Below, piece by piece: positions 1-13,290 of a stretch of DNA of 64,000 nt. Position 1 is the stretch's first letter. Each line of letters opens with the position of its first letter. The notes under the pieces were generated by a model. The model made no database searches, was not told the origin of the DNA, and saw only the letters and a program-made list of their open reading frames with translations. The position numbers and the translations under genes are program-made. The DNA lies in assembly GCF_016432865.1 (NCBI RefSeq), contig NC_067401.1:223138001-223202000 (forward strand), written 5' to 3'. The stretch is from Antechinus flavipes (lineage: Eukaryota).

Positions 1-794
1 ATGGCACCTAGAAAAGGGAGATGGCTGTTTTTGTACTAAAATTACTGTCATTGAAAAAAAACAACAAAATTTTGTTAAAGCCCATACTACATTAGAAAGT
101 TATCTTACATGCGCTTAGAAGAGTATAACTAGCACATTAACACACACATGCACAAAGCCAAACTTACAACACCCTTGTGAGGAAGTACAGGAACTAAGAG
201 TAATGCTTCAGTTGTATGGAGGGAAAATCTGACTTGATGAAAAGTGACTTGCCAAGTCACATAGTGAATCATTAATAGAGATGAGTTGGAAACAAGACTT
301 TTTGGTCTTTTTTCTAGTGTTCCTTTTGTAAGGGCTCCTTCAGTTGGGAAAACATAAGGTTCTTAATCTACCATATTGTCTGAAACTCAGCTGCTTTCAA
401 ATGTAGGTGATGTCTTTGAAATGAAATCAGATTACCATATTAGCTATGTGCAGAAGTACTTAACTTTGCCCAGGTTCACCTACTCAAATCCCCTTCCTTC
501 ACAGAAATAAACTAAGACACACAAGATAGAATGCTGTCAATTTTATTTGTAAATGTCTATGCTTAATTATAAGTCAGAAAAGTCTTATAGCTATTCTAAA
601 TCTGGAGGCATTTTAAAAGTATGTTCTATTTTCATATTTAGCAAAAGAAAGAGAAGACCAAATGAGACAGAGACACAGAGAGAGACAGAATGAGACAGTG
701 ACAGTGACAGAGAGAAAATGATTTGGCTGAAACTTAAGAAAATTAAAATAGTTCAAACTAAGGACAAATAAGTAGTTAACCTGCCATCCATACA

Positions 795-1205
795 TAGTGG
801 TATAGTGGATAAGGTACCAGACCCAGTACTAGCAAAACCTAAGGTTCAGCTCCTGCTTTTGACACTTCCTAACTGCAGGATAATAAATGTTATTTATCCT
901 TTATTCCCATCTTTGGTTTCCATATCTGTGAAATAGGAATATTTTTAGTATTTAAGTCCTATAGCTGTTCTGAGATGCAAATGTGATAATATATGTTTTT
1001 TTGTTTGTTTGTTTGTTTTTTTGCTGAGGCAATTAGAGTTAAGTGACTTGCCCAGGGTCACACAACTAAGAAGTATTAAGTATCTGAGGCCAAATTTGAA
1101 CTCAGGTCCTCCTGACTTTAGGGCTGGTGCTTTATCCACTGCACCACCTAGCTGCCCTGATAATATATGTTTTTTTTTAACTTTAAAGTGATATATGTGT
1201 CAGCC
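795..1205 (+). mobile_element. Degraded MIR interrupted by a younger SINE
   Basis: MIR-like head and core (catatctgtgaaataggaat...gagatgcaaatgtgataatatatg), with the tail (ctttaaagtgatatatgtgtcagc) resuming after 1157. Confidence 0.6.
996..1157 (-). mobile_element. Full-length WSINE1-type CORE-SINE with target-site duplication
   Basis: Reverse strand GGGCAGCTAGGTGGTGCAGTGGATAAAGCACCAGCCC...GAGTTCAAAT...GGGCAAGTCACTTAAC with an (AAAC)n tail; TGATAATATATG+T-run at 984 and 1158. Confidence 0.9.
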
Positions 1206-2194
1206 CACCCGTTATAATTCTTTAGATTCCAAAATTCCATGCCAGTATATTCATTTTTATTCCCCTGGTAAGTGTAGGATATTAGTGGAAAAAATTTGAC
1301 TAGGACAAATTTTTACTGGATTTTACAATAATTTTTCACATCCTTAAATATTTTCATTTGATGAAACACTCTAAATCCTTTTAACCTTTGTCATTAAAAA
1401 GTACTTTACAACCCTTTATTTTTGTTGCTCTCATCTGGACCCTCTCCAAGTTTTTTATATCTCTATTAATAATCTCTCTCCCTGTCCTGTGGTCACCCTA
1501 GAGTAACATTGATACATATATCTATTTTTACACTGTTTTCACTGTTATACCTCTGTGAACTATTAAGACTTAGAAATAACAGTATGGTCAGCATGCTTTT
1601 CTTTCAATTTACTTTTTGGAATTCCATACAACCCAAACAGTGCCTTGATGGATAGTTAGCTAATGAACCTTACCTACACCAAATCCCATCCCACTGAACT
1701 CCAAGGGTCCATCCAAATTATTTGGTTGCACTGGAATTTGGTCACATTGACTATTGCTAAAAATAAGTAAGTTGTACATTGGAGTCTTATAAATCTTTTG
1801 TACTCAGAGCTTTTCATTATTAATGATCCTTCAATACTTTAAGAATTCATGAATCCATTGCTGTGAGCTCTTCCTCTGTGAATAACTTATGCCAATGCCC
1901 CAGGGAACTTGAAACCTTAAAGGCTAACCCTGGAGATCACAAATAAGAAGTCCCTAACTAGAGCTAGTCTTGACAAAGTGGAAAAGTTTGAAATTTTAGC
2001 CTGGTGATTGGCAATTATTAACTTTTTTCTATTGTCTGAGACTAATTTAGTTAAGTTCATGGAGATTTATCATGAGTTTGACTATGGGGGAGAGAGAAAA
2101 TGACTGTTTTAGCCATAAAAATATTTATTATCTAATCTCATAGTTATACTGTGGATGTAGTCTACATCAGCAGAAAGTGAAATTGGGAAAAATT

Positions 2195-3085
2195 GTGAAG
2201 GAAGGTACTGTAGCAGTAGAAGATCTTAAGCTGTATTACAAAAGTGTAACCAACCAAAAAATCTGGGACTGGCTAAAAAATAGAGGATCAGTGGGATAAT
2301 TTAGGTATACAACACATGGTAGTAAATGATCATAGGGATCTAATGTTTAATAAACACCCCAAAACTGTTTTGGAATAGAAACTCACTATTTGATAATAAA
2401 TTGCTAGGAAAACTAGATAAGACAGAAAGTGGAAAATTGGGCTGGGGAGGGAGAGAGATTACATCAAATTTCTCTGCAAAAGGCTTCATTTTTCAAGTAT
2501 ATAGAGAACTGAGCCAAATTTATAAGAACACAGGTTATTCCCCAATTAGTAATTGGTCAAGGGATATTAACAAACAGCTTTCAGAAGAAATCAAAACTAT
2601 GTAGAATCATATGAAAAAAATGATCTAAATGGAAATTAAAACAATTCTGAGGTACCATCTCATATCAATCAGATTGACTAATATGACAAAGAAGAAAAAT
2701 AACAAATGTTAGACAGGATGTGAAAAAATTGGAATATGGATTCATTGTTGATAGAAATGTGAACTTATCTAATCATTCTGAAGAGTGATTTGCCCAAAGA
2801 GCTATGGAACTTCATTTACCCTTTGACCCAGAAATAACACTATTAGTTCTATCTATCAAAGATATCAAAAAAAAAAAAGGGGGGGGAAAGGACCTGATAT
2901 ATCAAAAATATTTATTGTAACTCCTTTTGTGATTCCAAAGAATTAGAAACTGAGAACATATTCATCATAGATGAATATCTATTTTTATGGAATGTTATTA
3001 TGGAATAAGAAATGATGAATAGGATGATTTCAGAAAAACCTGGGAAGACTTATGTGAACTTGTGCAAAATGAAATGAGTAGAAAT
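2195..3085 (+). mobile_element. L1 fragment (ORF2 C-terminus into 3' region), degraded
   Basis: ORF 2401-2604 (FSAKGFIFQVYRELSQIYKNTGYSPISNWSRDINKQ) resembles L1 ORF2; typical marsupial L1 motif gatttcagaaaaacctgggaagacttatgtgaac. Confidence 0.85.
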
Positions 3086-5349
3086 GAAGGAACTGAATTT
3101 GATGCTCTCTTAGTTTACTTTCAGTCCTAAGTATACTAACCTGTAATGTACTTAGAGTATGGCAATGTTATAGATGTTACTTTGAACTCTTATTTCTGAC
3201 ACTTCAGATTTCATCTACCTGGGTAACCCCTAGCTAGAAACTCCCTTATGTTAATTTTTCATTAGAGATTGGCTAGAGCATTATGTAATTAACTGACTTG
3301 CTCAGGATCATACAGCTATTATTTATTAGGGACAAGGCTTGAACCCAGGACGTCTGATTCCAATATTCCTCTTCTCAGTATCATGTTGAAGGCATCTTTG
3401 TTTAGTTTTTAAAAAAATAAGAATTTGAGCAAGAAAGAAGATCAAATCCTGTTCTGCCACTTACTATTTATGCCATTAGGATTCAGATTCCTCATCTGCT
3501 AAATAAGGAGAATGGACTTCTCAGTTCCCATCCAGGCCTAAATCTGTGAACCTTTGCCCCTCTTGAAATGTAAAGTTTGGTACATAGTTACATCAATCTA
3601 TTTGTAAGGACCATCATGTAAATATAGAAGTTCATTTTAAAAGGATAATTTTGAGTTTTGTGTATGTTAATATTGACAATTGGTTCACAAGTATGTGTAA
3701 TAGCTAATTGATATAACATATGCTACATTGAATCTGCTATACCTTCCATATTTGGAGGCACATGCACATACATATGACTTTTTATGTTTATATATGCATT
3801 ATTTCACAAATCTATGGTCTTAGATTAATGATCTAGTGGAGAAAACCTGACATTTCCTTTCTTTCACCAAAATCCAGATTAGATTAATGAGGCATGATGA
3901 TAGCTTCCAACAAGCTGCTGCCTTTAAAGGAGTAGATAAATTGTCAGTGGATCATCTCCAAAATCTACATGCTTTTCCTCTTCCAAATTTCAAATCTCAT
4001 GGGAGCAGAATGGTTTAATTGAGAAAGCAGAAAAATGGATACTGTCTCATGCTTTCAGAAAGAAAACTCGAAATTCTTTAAAATTTATTTTACATAAAAC
4101 TAGAGTCCTTTCATTTTTTAAATATAGGTAGATATTTTATTAATCTAATACTACATGAGAGGCAGTGCAGCTTAATGCATAGAAAATGAGCACTAAAATA
4201 AGAAAGACATGGTTTTAAATACTGCCTCTGACACAAACAGGTAGTGTGACCCTTCAAAACTCACATCTTAAGAAATGATGAATAGGATGATTTCAGAAAA
4301 ACCTGGGAATACTTATGTAACTTGTGCAAAGTGAAATGAGCAGAAAGTGAAATGAAAGAATTGAATTTGATGCTCCCTTAATTTGTAGTCTAGTCAAATC
4401 TCTGATTATAAAATTGCAAAAGAGATGATGATTTGTGTTCATACAGGGAGATTTCTCACTGAAATTTTCTTGCAGCAATATGGATGATAGATCAAACTCC
4501 AAAATGTATCTCCTATAAGCATAGATGGAACACTTCTTTTGTTTTTTCTCTTGCACTTCATATATATTATGACACAGGTGGACAAATCTAAAAATCATTA
4601 CAGACATGCCCTTTGGTGAATAACCAGGTGGACCTGGCTCATGTAAACTGTTTAGTGCCATTAGCTCTGACTTAAACTAAGAAGAATAAATAAGCCCCTG
4701 TCTAAGTATGCCCTAATCCTTCTGCCTTTTACAGCCATCAAAGTAAACTTTTTAAAGCTTGGATGTCTCATAAGTACTTTCTAATGGGTTCACTGTTTTG
4801 CTTGCTAAGTTGTTCTCAAGTCAGAGGTAACCTTATTTAATATTAATCTTCTTTCAATACAGTTGACAGTTTATTTGGTATCAAGTGTCCTTAAATGTTT
4901 CTCTACCCATCTGGGCTAGACCCATCTGGCCAGTGGAGAAATACAAAAATAGTCAGAGTAATGTTTTCAATTCTGTCTCTTAGGCAAATGTAGAAACGCT
5001 GATTGCCTTTACTTAACGAAAGAACTGAACCTTTTAAGATTAAGATAATGCATAGGTCTCTGAAGCTTTATCTCTGATTTTTCTTGTTGGCAAAAACTTT
5101 TATTACATTTAGCAATAACATTTTTTATTTCTTAAAACTTGTATTAAATGTACCAGTGTACTAATCAATCTTACAAATTAATTACTTAAACAGAATAAAA
5201 AATAAGATCCTTGGTCCCCTTTATTTTACAGATGAGAAACTTGAGGTCCAGAACCAGAATCGGAACTTGAAGTCACAAAGTAATGTATAGAGTAGGAAAG
5301 ATTTAAGCTCAAACTCTTGAATTGTTGCTTGCCAAACCACTGTCTTTTT

Positions 5350-5570
5350 AGCTCTCTCCTTTTGTCTCCCCTCCCCTCACATCGTTTTCTCCTCCTTCTC
5401 CTCCTCCTCTATTTTTCTCCTCCTTCTCCTCCCTTTCTTCTTTCTCCTCTTTCATCACTTTGGTTTTTTTCTCTCTCTTTCTCTCTCCTCCTCTCTCTCT
5501 CTCCTTCTTTCTCTCCTTCTCCCTGCTTCCCCTCTTCCCTCCATCCCTCCCTCTTATCATTCCTGCATCT
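5350..5570. repeat. CT-rich polypyrimidine low-complexity tract
   Basis: Almost pure C/T; source of the spurious ORFs at 5317-5621. Confidence 0.9.
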
Positions 5571-7439
5571 CTGAGAAATTGAAAGGTACAGTGGAAGGAT
5601 AATCAACAAGCATGTGTTCAAATTCCAGCTTTTCCACTTACTGAATGACTGTTGACAAGTAATATAACTTATATGAAAGGTGTTTCTTTAAGTGTAAATT
5701 GAGCATAATACTATCAGATCTAACTATCATGTAGTGTTAGTGTGATAATCAAATGAGTTAATAAACCTGTATCTTGTTTTCACTCCACCCTTGTTCAGAT
5801 TGTCCTCCATACCTGAAATTAGCTTTTCCTATTAAAGTCCTTCCTGTCCTTGAAGCCTCAATCCAGATACTGCCTACTCCAAAAAAAGCCTTGTATGATC
5901 TTCCTGGCATAATTATTTCCCAAAAATTTATTGTCATGATACTTTGTATACTTTATAAGGATCTCATTTTTTCTCTGTTATAGCAATTTTTCTATGTTTC
6001 TGTCTATTAAATTGTAAGCTCCATAAAGAGAGAATATATATTTCATTTGTATTGAAACCCCCCGTGTCCAGCATAATCTTGTAGGATTCCATCAGAATCA
6101 GCCGCTCCAGGTATGGGAATTCTCTTTGCCAATGTAGACTTCAGATCACAACTCTTTTCTGTCCTAGTACTTACATCTTAGGGAGCTGTCAGAAGAACAG
6201 AGAAATTAAGTACTGTGCTCATGGTGAAATAGAGGAAATCTCAGAGGCAGGCAATAAACTCATATCTTCCTGACTCCAAGTCCAGTATACTACCCACTGT
6301 GTCATCATGACTAGTCAGGAAAACCTGACACTTAATGTGTGATTAGGAGTAATTCATTTACCTCTTCCAAAAAATCAGTTTCCTCATGTTTTAAAAGAAA
6401 AGGTTGGACCATACATCAATGTCCCTAGATTTATAAACAAATGAAGGTATTTTCTAGAGGAAAATACTATATATTTATATGTGTATGTGTAGTCTATGTG
6501 TGTGTGTGTATGTGGCTATCCTTCATACAAGAATGACATAGTAGCCAAACTCATTGTCAGGACAAAATTTGTTCAAGTCTCAGCCTCCAATCCATATTGG
6601 TAGAGGGAGTTTCCTCACAAGCAACTCTCCTCATTTAGGAAATCAAAATTCAGAAGGAATATGTTATTTAAAGGAATCAATTTAATTCTATAGTCTAGAG
6701 GGTGGAGGTTGAACTATTATAAATCCCATAGTAAAAAAATTGATAAAATAGTTGTTCTCTCACATTAAGAACAGGAAAACTCAAGGATAATTTCCCTTAT
6801 TCATTGGTTTTAATGAGTTTTTGATACTCTGGAATCAGAAATGGAGAAGAAAGCTGATGGATGTCTGCATAATGCTTCCTTTACGGTGATTGTTCTATGA
6901 TCTCATCAGTGTAAGTAATCTTTCAACCAGCACAGGTTGTATGACATCGTGGCTATATCCCTCCTAAGTCTTCCATGGAAGATCTGCCAAATGTCCTAAA
7001 ACAATTTTTCTTATTAATTTATTTTTTTAATTTCTCTACAATAACAACATAATGGCCAAGCTGTTCTTCTACTTTCTCCAAATCTTACTCCATGCTGTGT
7101 CCAACTTTTTCTCATCATACTTCTTTTAATATCCTTTTCTTAAGCTTTTTCTCATGCATGTTACCATTGATAAAGTGTTATAGTATCATGCATTTTTCAT
7201 TGTTCTTTTTATGTACTTGGACATTTTATTTCTTCCAAGTCTAAAATATTTCACAATACAAACATTGGATATCTCCTGGAAAACAGTGGTGATAGAGATG
7301 AATTTCTGTGATAATGTGTATTTTGGTATAATACCATTTAATTCTATTCAGAAAATGATTCTTAAGTACTTGAAATGTAGAGTACCATGCAATATTCACT
7401 GGGGATATTAGAAAAATGAGAATTTTTGAAAGTCTAGAT

Positions 7440-7833
7440 TTGAATTATATCATGTACATTTCAATTATTTTCTCTTTTCCTTCTCTCCCCCTTTTTTCCT
7501 TTCTTCCCCCCATACTCTAAAGATGGCTACTATTAAGAACAAATTGGCATACACATATATGTGTAAAATTATTCTACCTATCCTTTTATTTGTCAGTTCT
7601 TTCTCTGGATGCAGATACCACCTTTCTTCATATTTCCTTTATTATAGATTTGGTTTTTCTAATCGTCAAAATAACTTATTTTCTCAAAGTCATTCTTAAA
7701 GAATATTGCTGTTATTATATACAATGTTCTCTTGGTTCTCATTTCTCTCTTCATTTTTTTATACAAGTAATTCCATGTTTTTCTAAGATCACTGAGCTCA
7801 TCATTTCTATAGCATAGCAGTATTCCCATATGA
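7440..7833 (-). mobile_element. Old L1 3' fragment
   Basis: Reverse L1 motifs ctctggatgcagata, caatgttctcttggttctc, gctcatcatttctatagcatagcagtattcc. Confidence 0.75.
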
Positions 7834-8554
7834 TAAGATTTTTATAGAAGAAATCCGTTGAATTACTAAAGTAAATATAATTACTACTTCTAAAACTCTT
7901 CTGCTAGTTTGTTGGTTTAAAAAAAAAAAAACTCAGATACAAAACTATTCTATCTTAGCTACTATAGCAATCTGTCAGATTCAGAATTCAAGGATTTTTG
8001 GAATCTGGCCCTACCTACAAATCACTATTCTTTACAAGGGGGCTAATATAATTTGTGAATCCTATGGACTTTTTTTAAGGGCAATATACTTCAATGCCCT
8101 TGGGAGAGGTATATTTTACTTGTTGTAATTTTGCTTTTGGAAATATAAATATTTATTTCTGACAAGCAGTTTTTTTTTTCCTTCAGAATCAGAGGGTCAT
8201 AGCTGTAAGGTAGTACAGAGGCCATTGTAATCTAAATATCTTATTTAAATATGAATAGCCTCAGTCTATAAGAGGCATAATTTGCTCAAAGTCACATAGG
8301 TAGGAAGTGTCAAAGGTAGGGTTTGAACCCATTGTACCACTCAGCCTCCTCTATTTACCCTTGTTAAACTCAATTTGTCAGTTAAATAATTGATAAGTTT
8401 ACTATTAGAATAATCATTAAAATGATAAGAAAAATTTACATAAAGATATGTGCTGAAAATTATATAAGGCACGCTGTAATTTCTATTAATTTCAATAAAT
8501 ATTTATTAATTACAAATTTATCAAATTCTTGAGGTTTTAAAATACTGCTGTATT

Positions 8555-8871
8555 TTTAAATTTTTCAGTAGTATTTTGTAGTTTTCAACATTAGTTTATG
8601 TGAGACTTTGTGTTCCAATTTTTCCTTAGTCTTTCCCTTACCTCCCCCTTCTCAAGACAACAAATAATCAGATATTGGTTAAATATATGCAATTCTTTTA
8701 AACAGATTTCCATATTAGTCATGTTTTACAAAAAAAATTCAGACCAAAAGGGGAAAAACCATGAGAAAGAAAAAACAAACAAACAAAAAGTGAAAATATT
8801 ATATTTTGATCCATATTCAGTCTCCATGATTCTCTATCTGGATGCAGATGGCATTTTCCATCCCAAATCTT
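8555..8871 (-). mobile_element. L1 3' UTR fragment
   Basis: ccatattagtcatgtt...gtgaaaatattatattttgatccatattcagtctccatgattctctatctggatgcagatggcattttccatcc is the reverse of the marsupial L1 tail. Confidence 0.85.
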
Positions 8872-8947
8872 AAATACTGTCATTTTTTAAATTATTTGCT
8901 ATCTTACTCTGTTGGCATAATTCCCATCCAAATGTATGAAAAAAAAT

Positions 8948-9175
8948 TTGTTGTTGTTCAGTCGTATCCAATTCTTTGGGAACTCATTTGAGGTTTTTTT
9001 TTTTTTTGGCAAAGATGCTAGTTTCCCACTTCCTTCTCTAGATCATTTTATAGAAGAGGAAATTAAGGCAAACAGGGTTAAGTGACTTACCTAGGATCAT
9101 ATATCTACTATATGTCTAAGGTCAGATTTGAAAACAAGGAGAGAGGTCCTATATTCTATCCACTGTGCTACCTAG
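8948..9175 (-). mobile_element. MAR1-type CORE-SINE
   Basis: ttgttgttcagtcgt tail, ttggcaaagat, cattttatagaagaggaaattaaggc core, cactgtgctacctag head. Confidence 0.8.
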
Positions 9176-11685
9176 AATTCATTAGACTTCTGATTTATGG
9201 ATGGCTATCAAATGACTTGATAGTCAAAAGAAAGAAAGAAAACCATTAATACTGAAAAAGCCAAAAAAAAAAAAAAGCTTCCTCTTTTTATTTTATTTTA
9301 ATATTAAGACATTCACACAGTGTGTTTGGTAGTCACAATATGCTATATCCTATATCTTATTAGGCACTCAACAAATGACTTTCTGTAGTGACTTTTTTTG
9401 AGTTTCACAATACTTTTGTGACTAGACACTAATGTTATTTCCCCCCCATTTTAAATATAAAAAATAAGGTTAAATGTTATGCCCGTGGTTGCACAGATAG
9501 TATGAGACATTACTAACCAATCAAAGAATAAGCATTATTTAACACTCATTTACCAAGTATTCTGTCTATTTTGTGGTATTACCTGCAGGACAGAGCTAAG
9601 TTAAAATCCTACTTTAGGATAAGTGACTATTACCTCAGTTTCATTATCTGTAACATTTTACACCTTTAATATTTTCTTTTACCTTAGACTGTCTCTTTGG
9701 CATGATATGAACTTGTTATTTGTTTGGTCAGTTCTTGTTATTTGACAGTATGTTATTCTAGGTCAAATCAAAAAGCAGGAAGAGATCTAAATTGTTCTTT
9801 ATAACCTAGCTCTTAACTTAAACAGTTAATTTGAATTCCTATTTTTTTTCCTTTAAATATAATATGGGAATAACAACTCTATTATCAACGCAATAGGGCC
9901 ATGTTGGTTATAATTTCATTAAATGAGCTAGAAAGTATGATAATCATATTTTAATGGAGCATATCTAACATCCCATCATGATCATTCAAGCCAAAGACTC
10001 AGTTTACCATAATTTAGTATTGGAGTAATTTGCTTCCCCTCAGGAAGCACAAATTAGTGAAATTGTATTCTTTCTATATTTGTATGGCAAAAAAATAAAA
10101 TTTTCCCCCAAGGCTGCCCACAGTATGTCATATATCCTTATTTTCATCATTATAAACTACTTAAAGACCACATACCTTTACCTTGAGATATCTGTCATTA
10201 TCATTTTGGGAAAATATCCAAGAGCCAATCCATCAAATTTTCGAAATCCTTAAGAAGGGTTTTTGGAATGCCAAGAGGGATAACTCTGTCCATTGCCAGA
10301 AATGTAGTGCTGAATACTGCCAGCTGTAGGTCAGCATAGCCAATTAATGAGATTGACAATTTTCAGTCCATCCAAAATAGTTGGGAAAAAACAAACCAAA
10401 CATTTCATTTCTGTAAATGGAGTGCCTTGCATGTAGCAGACGGTAAAAATAGTTGTTGAATTCCGTTACATCAGAAATACAGAAAATGACAAATCAAAAA
10501 GCTGAAAGGGACTTCTGAAGTCTTTTAGTATATCACCTTCATTTTACTGATGAGGCAATTGGGGTACTGACTATAAAAGTCACAAAAATAACATGTATCT
10601 GAGTTAAATTTTGAATCTAGGTACTTTGACTCCAATCCAGTTACTTTCTGCTGTACGCATTACTTTATGTCCTTTTTCCTTCTCAGCATCAGTCCTAAAT
10701 TATCATATCATATTTTTACCAGGGTCTTTCATGTATTAGCACTAATAATACCTTATAATTAATGCTTTATACTTTCAAAGGATTGCACATATATTACCTT
10801 ATATTTTGATAATACATACATGTATAAAACCACAATATGGTTTTTCAAAAACTTTACATCAATCTGTTAAGGTAATTCAGGCCAGCAGAATCATAAAACC
10901 AAAGCTTAAGTGAGATTAAAATATTTTTCCTAAATCATATGCCTAATAAATGGCCAAGCTACAATAGGTATCAAGATTTATTCTGTCTAATGAAAACTAT
11001 TTCTGTGTAATTTTTGTATTTTCATTCTACAGACATTTGTTCTACTTTCCACAGAATTCAATTCTGTTCTTACTGAATTCAAATCTTTAGTCCACATAAT
11101 ACCTACTTTATGAAATCACTAACCTACCTTTGGGTACCTATAGGTAAATCCATTCAATATGAATTTTCTGCTGTTTTCCTCATGCTGTGCCTCTCATCAT
11201 TCCTTCACATCTTTTAGCCCTCATTTTTATATACTGTAGATGAGAAAATGCTTTTTCCTAGTCCATATGGACCCCATTATATCTCACACTATTAAAACTG
11301 AAAAGTATCTTCAGAGATTCTCAAATACTCCAATAACTCTAACCACCCAATCACCCAGATATCTTTCCTTCAGTCTAATTTTACATCGAATCTTTAATCC
11401 ATTTGCAACAGCCACAAATCAAGTGTTCCCAGCCTTCCTGCAGATCAATATAGTATATTTTCTGACCTAAAATTCTCAGATTCCTCAATGTACTTTCATA
11501 GACCCTTGCAAAAGAATTTTCAGGGAATTATGAAAGACATTGTGCTGATTGCTTCAAGTCACAGACCATTGAAGAGCCTGCAAAATGAGATCCACAACCA
11601 CACAAAAGAGCTTGGCCAAACTTTCCAGCCAGGAAGAAAAAAAATGAAAGGATGAAGAACATCTATTGTCCAGACAATGAATATG

Positions 11686-12024
11686 TTTCTCTGTGTGCGT
11701 CTCTCTGTCTCTCTCTCTTTTTCTCCTCTGACTCTCTCTTTCTGTCTGTCTATATCTTTCTTTTTCTGTGTCTCTCTGTTTCTATCTCTGTCTCTACCTT
11801 TCTCTGTTTCTCTCTCTCAACCTCCCTCTTCTATCTTTCTCTTCTCTATCTATTTAGTATATGTATGAATATATCTATCATACATACATATATGTATACA
11901 CATTAATAAATATGTAGGTAGAGATCCATAAATACAACAAATGTGTATGAATACAAATATGTTATACAAACAACATACAAACATGTGTATGAATATGTGC
12001 ATATATATACACAAATACATATAA

Positions 12025-12077
<53 letters not shown>

Positions 12078-12078
12078 A
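11686..12078. repeat. Compound (CT/TG)n and (TA)n(CA)n simple repeats
   Basis: Direct reading; explains the ORFs at 11652-12236. Confidence 0.9.
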
Positions 12079-12279
12079 AGAGGGAGACATGCACACACCA
12101 CATATACTATTGAAAGGATGCTATAAATGAACAATTGGGGTTCAACCCAAAACCATGCAGGGAAAGGACAAATTAGCTTTAGAAACTGCACAGGTTTATT
12201 AGTGACCTTAAGATTCTTCCTGAAACAAAGGCTCATCTTTTGAATTACACAATTATTTCAGAGCTATTGAGCTGGAAAC

Positions 12280-12600
12280 TCAACCCATGGAAAACTATCA
12301 TCTTAGAAGAATTAAAATTGAAAATCTCCCGAAGAGTAATGGGCAGATACTTATATCTAGCACGCATTAGAAACAAGAAAAAACAAAACAGGAGTAATAA
12401 GGATCTCATCAAACAAATATATTCACATAAAAGATCAAATGGTGATGTGAGTGAGGGATAACTATGGAATGACCTGTGTGCTTCATTAATATTTTTACAT
12501 GGCAAGAGAAAGGAAAGAAAATTGTACACAAATTCCTTTTGGCAAACATGGTGAGTCATAGATGAATCATATGGTGAGGAAAAGAAGAGGTAGATCCTAT
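12280..12600 (+). mobile_element. RTE-clade LINE 3' fragment, degraded
   Basis: ORF 12240-12461 (LKISRRVMGRYLYLARIRN...KDLIKQIYSHKR) plus downstream gagggataac and agaggtagatcc resemble the RTE ORF C-terminus. Confidence 0.6.
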
Positions 12601-12829
12601 TATTCGTTGTAGGAGGAAGTATCCATATTTCTAAGTTCAAAAATCCATTTGAGTTATTTTACTTTGTGAGGCTACAGGCTCCTGTCTATATTAGAATCCT
12701 CAATAGAAAACAAGTATCAGCCTTTGAATACTAGTCCTATCCCTGAAGACATGAATAAGTTGGAAAGAGAAGTGGTTTCAGACAATACTATATAAATGAA
12801 TGATCCAAGTACATTTGATCAAGTCAACA

Positions 12830-13290
12830 AAATTTGAGAGAATTCATCAGCCATCTATTCAATTCATCCATTAAAGAAATCCTCACCATAATATATTGAT
12901 AAATAATTGTCTATCTCTGATTAAAGGATGCCAAAGAGGAGGAACCTCCCCACTTCTGAAGGCAATCCATTTCTCTTTTGTACGGTTCTAAATATTAGGA
13001 AATTTTATGGTAGTTGTTTTTGCTTTTCCACAATAACAAGCCTAAATTTCTTTTTTCCCACCAATTTCTATTTATGCTCTTCTTTCTGATTACTAGGAAC
13101 AAATAGATCTAGTTTAGTTCTTCTTCATTTTGAAAGTCCTTTAAAGCCTGAAGACAGCTATCAGATTTGCCCTCCATTTTGTCTCATCCAGGTTAAACAA
13201 CTCTTTTTTTTTTTCCTTTCAATCAGACATGCACTCAAGGCCCTATTACATCCTGTTTGATTTCTATTGAATTTTAACCCTCCAGATCTC
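12830..13290 (-). mobile_element. L3/CR1 3' fragment
   Basis: gaaggcaatccatttc, ttctaaatattaggaaatttt, tgaagacagctatca and catccaggttaaaca are reverse L3 motifs. Confidence 0.65.

Noticed and set aside
4068-4079. TCGAAATTCTTT, resembling the reverse of the KEFR codons expected in BMP5 exon 2
   Set aside because: Only 12 nt; the flanks do not encode exon 2 and there are no splice signals.
5317-5621. Low-complexity ORFs here and at 11652-12236, 44600-44903 and 47187-47732
   Set aside because: Translations of CT/GA/TA simple repeats and SINEs.
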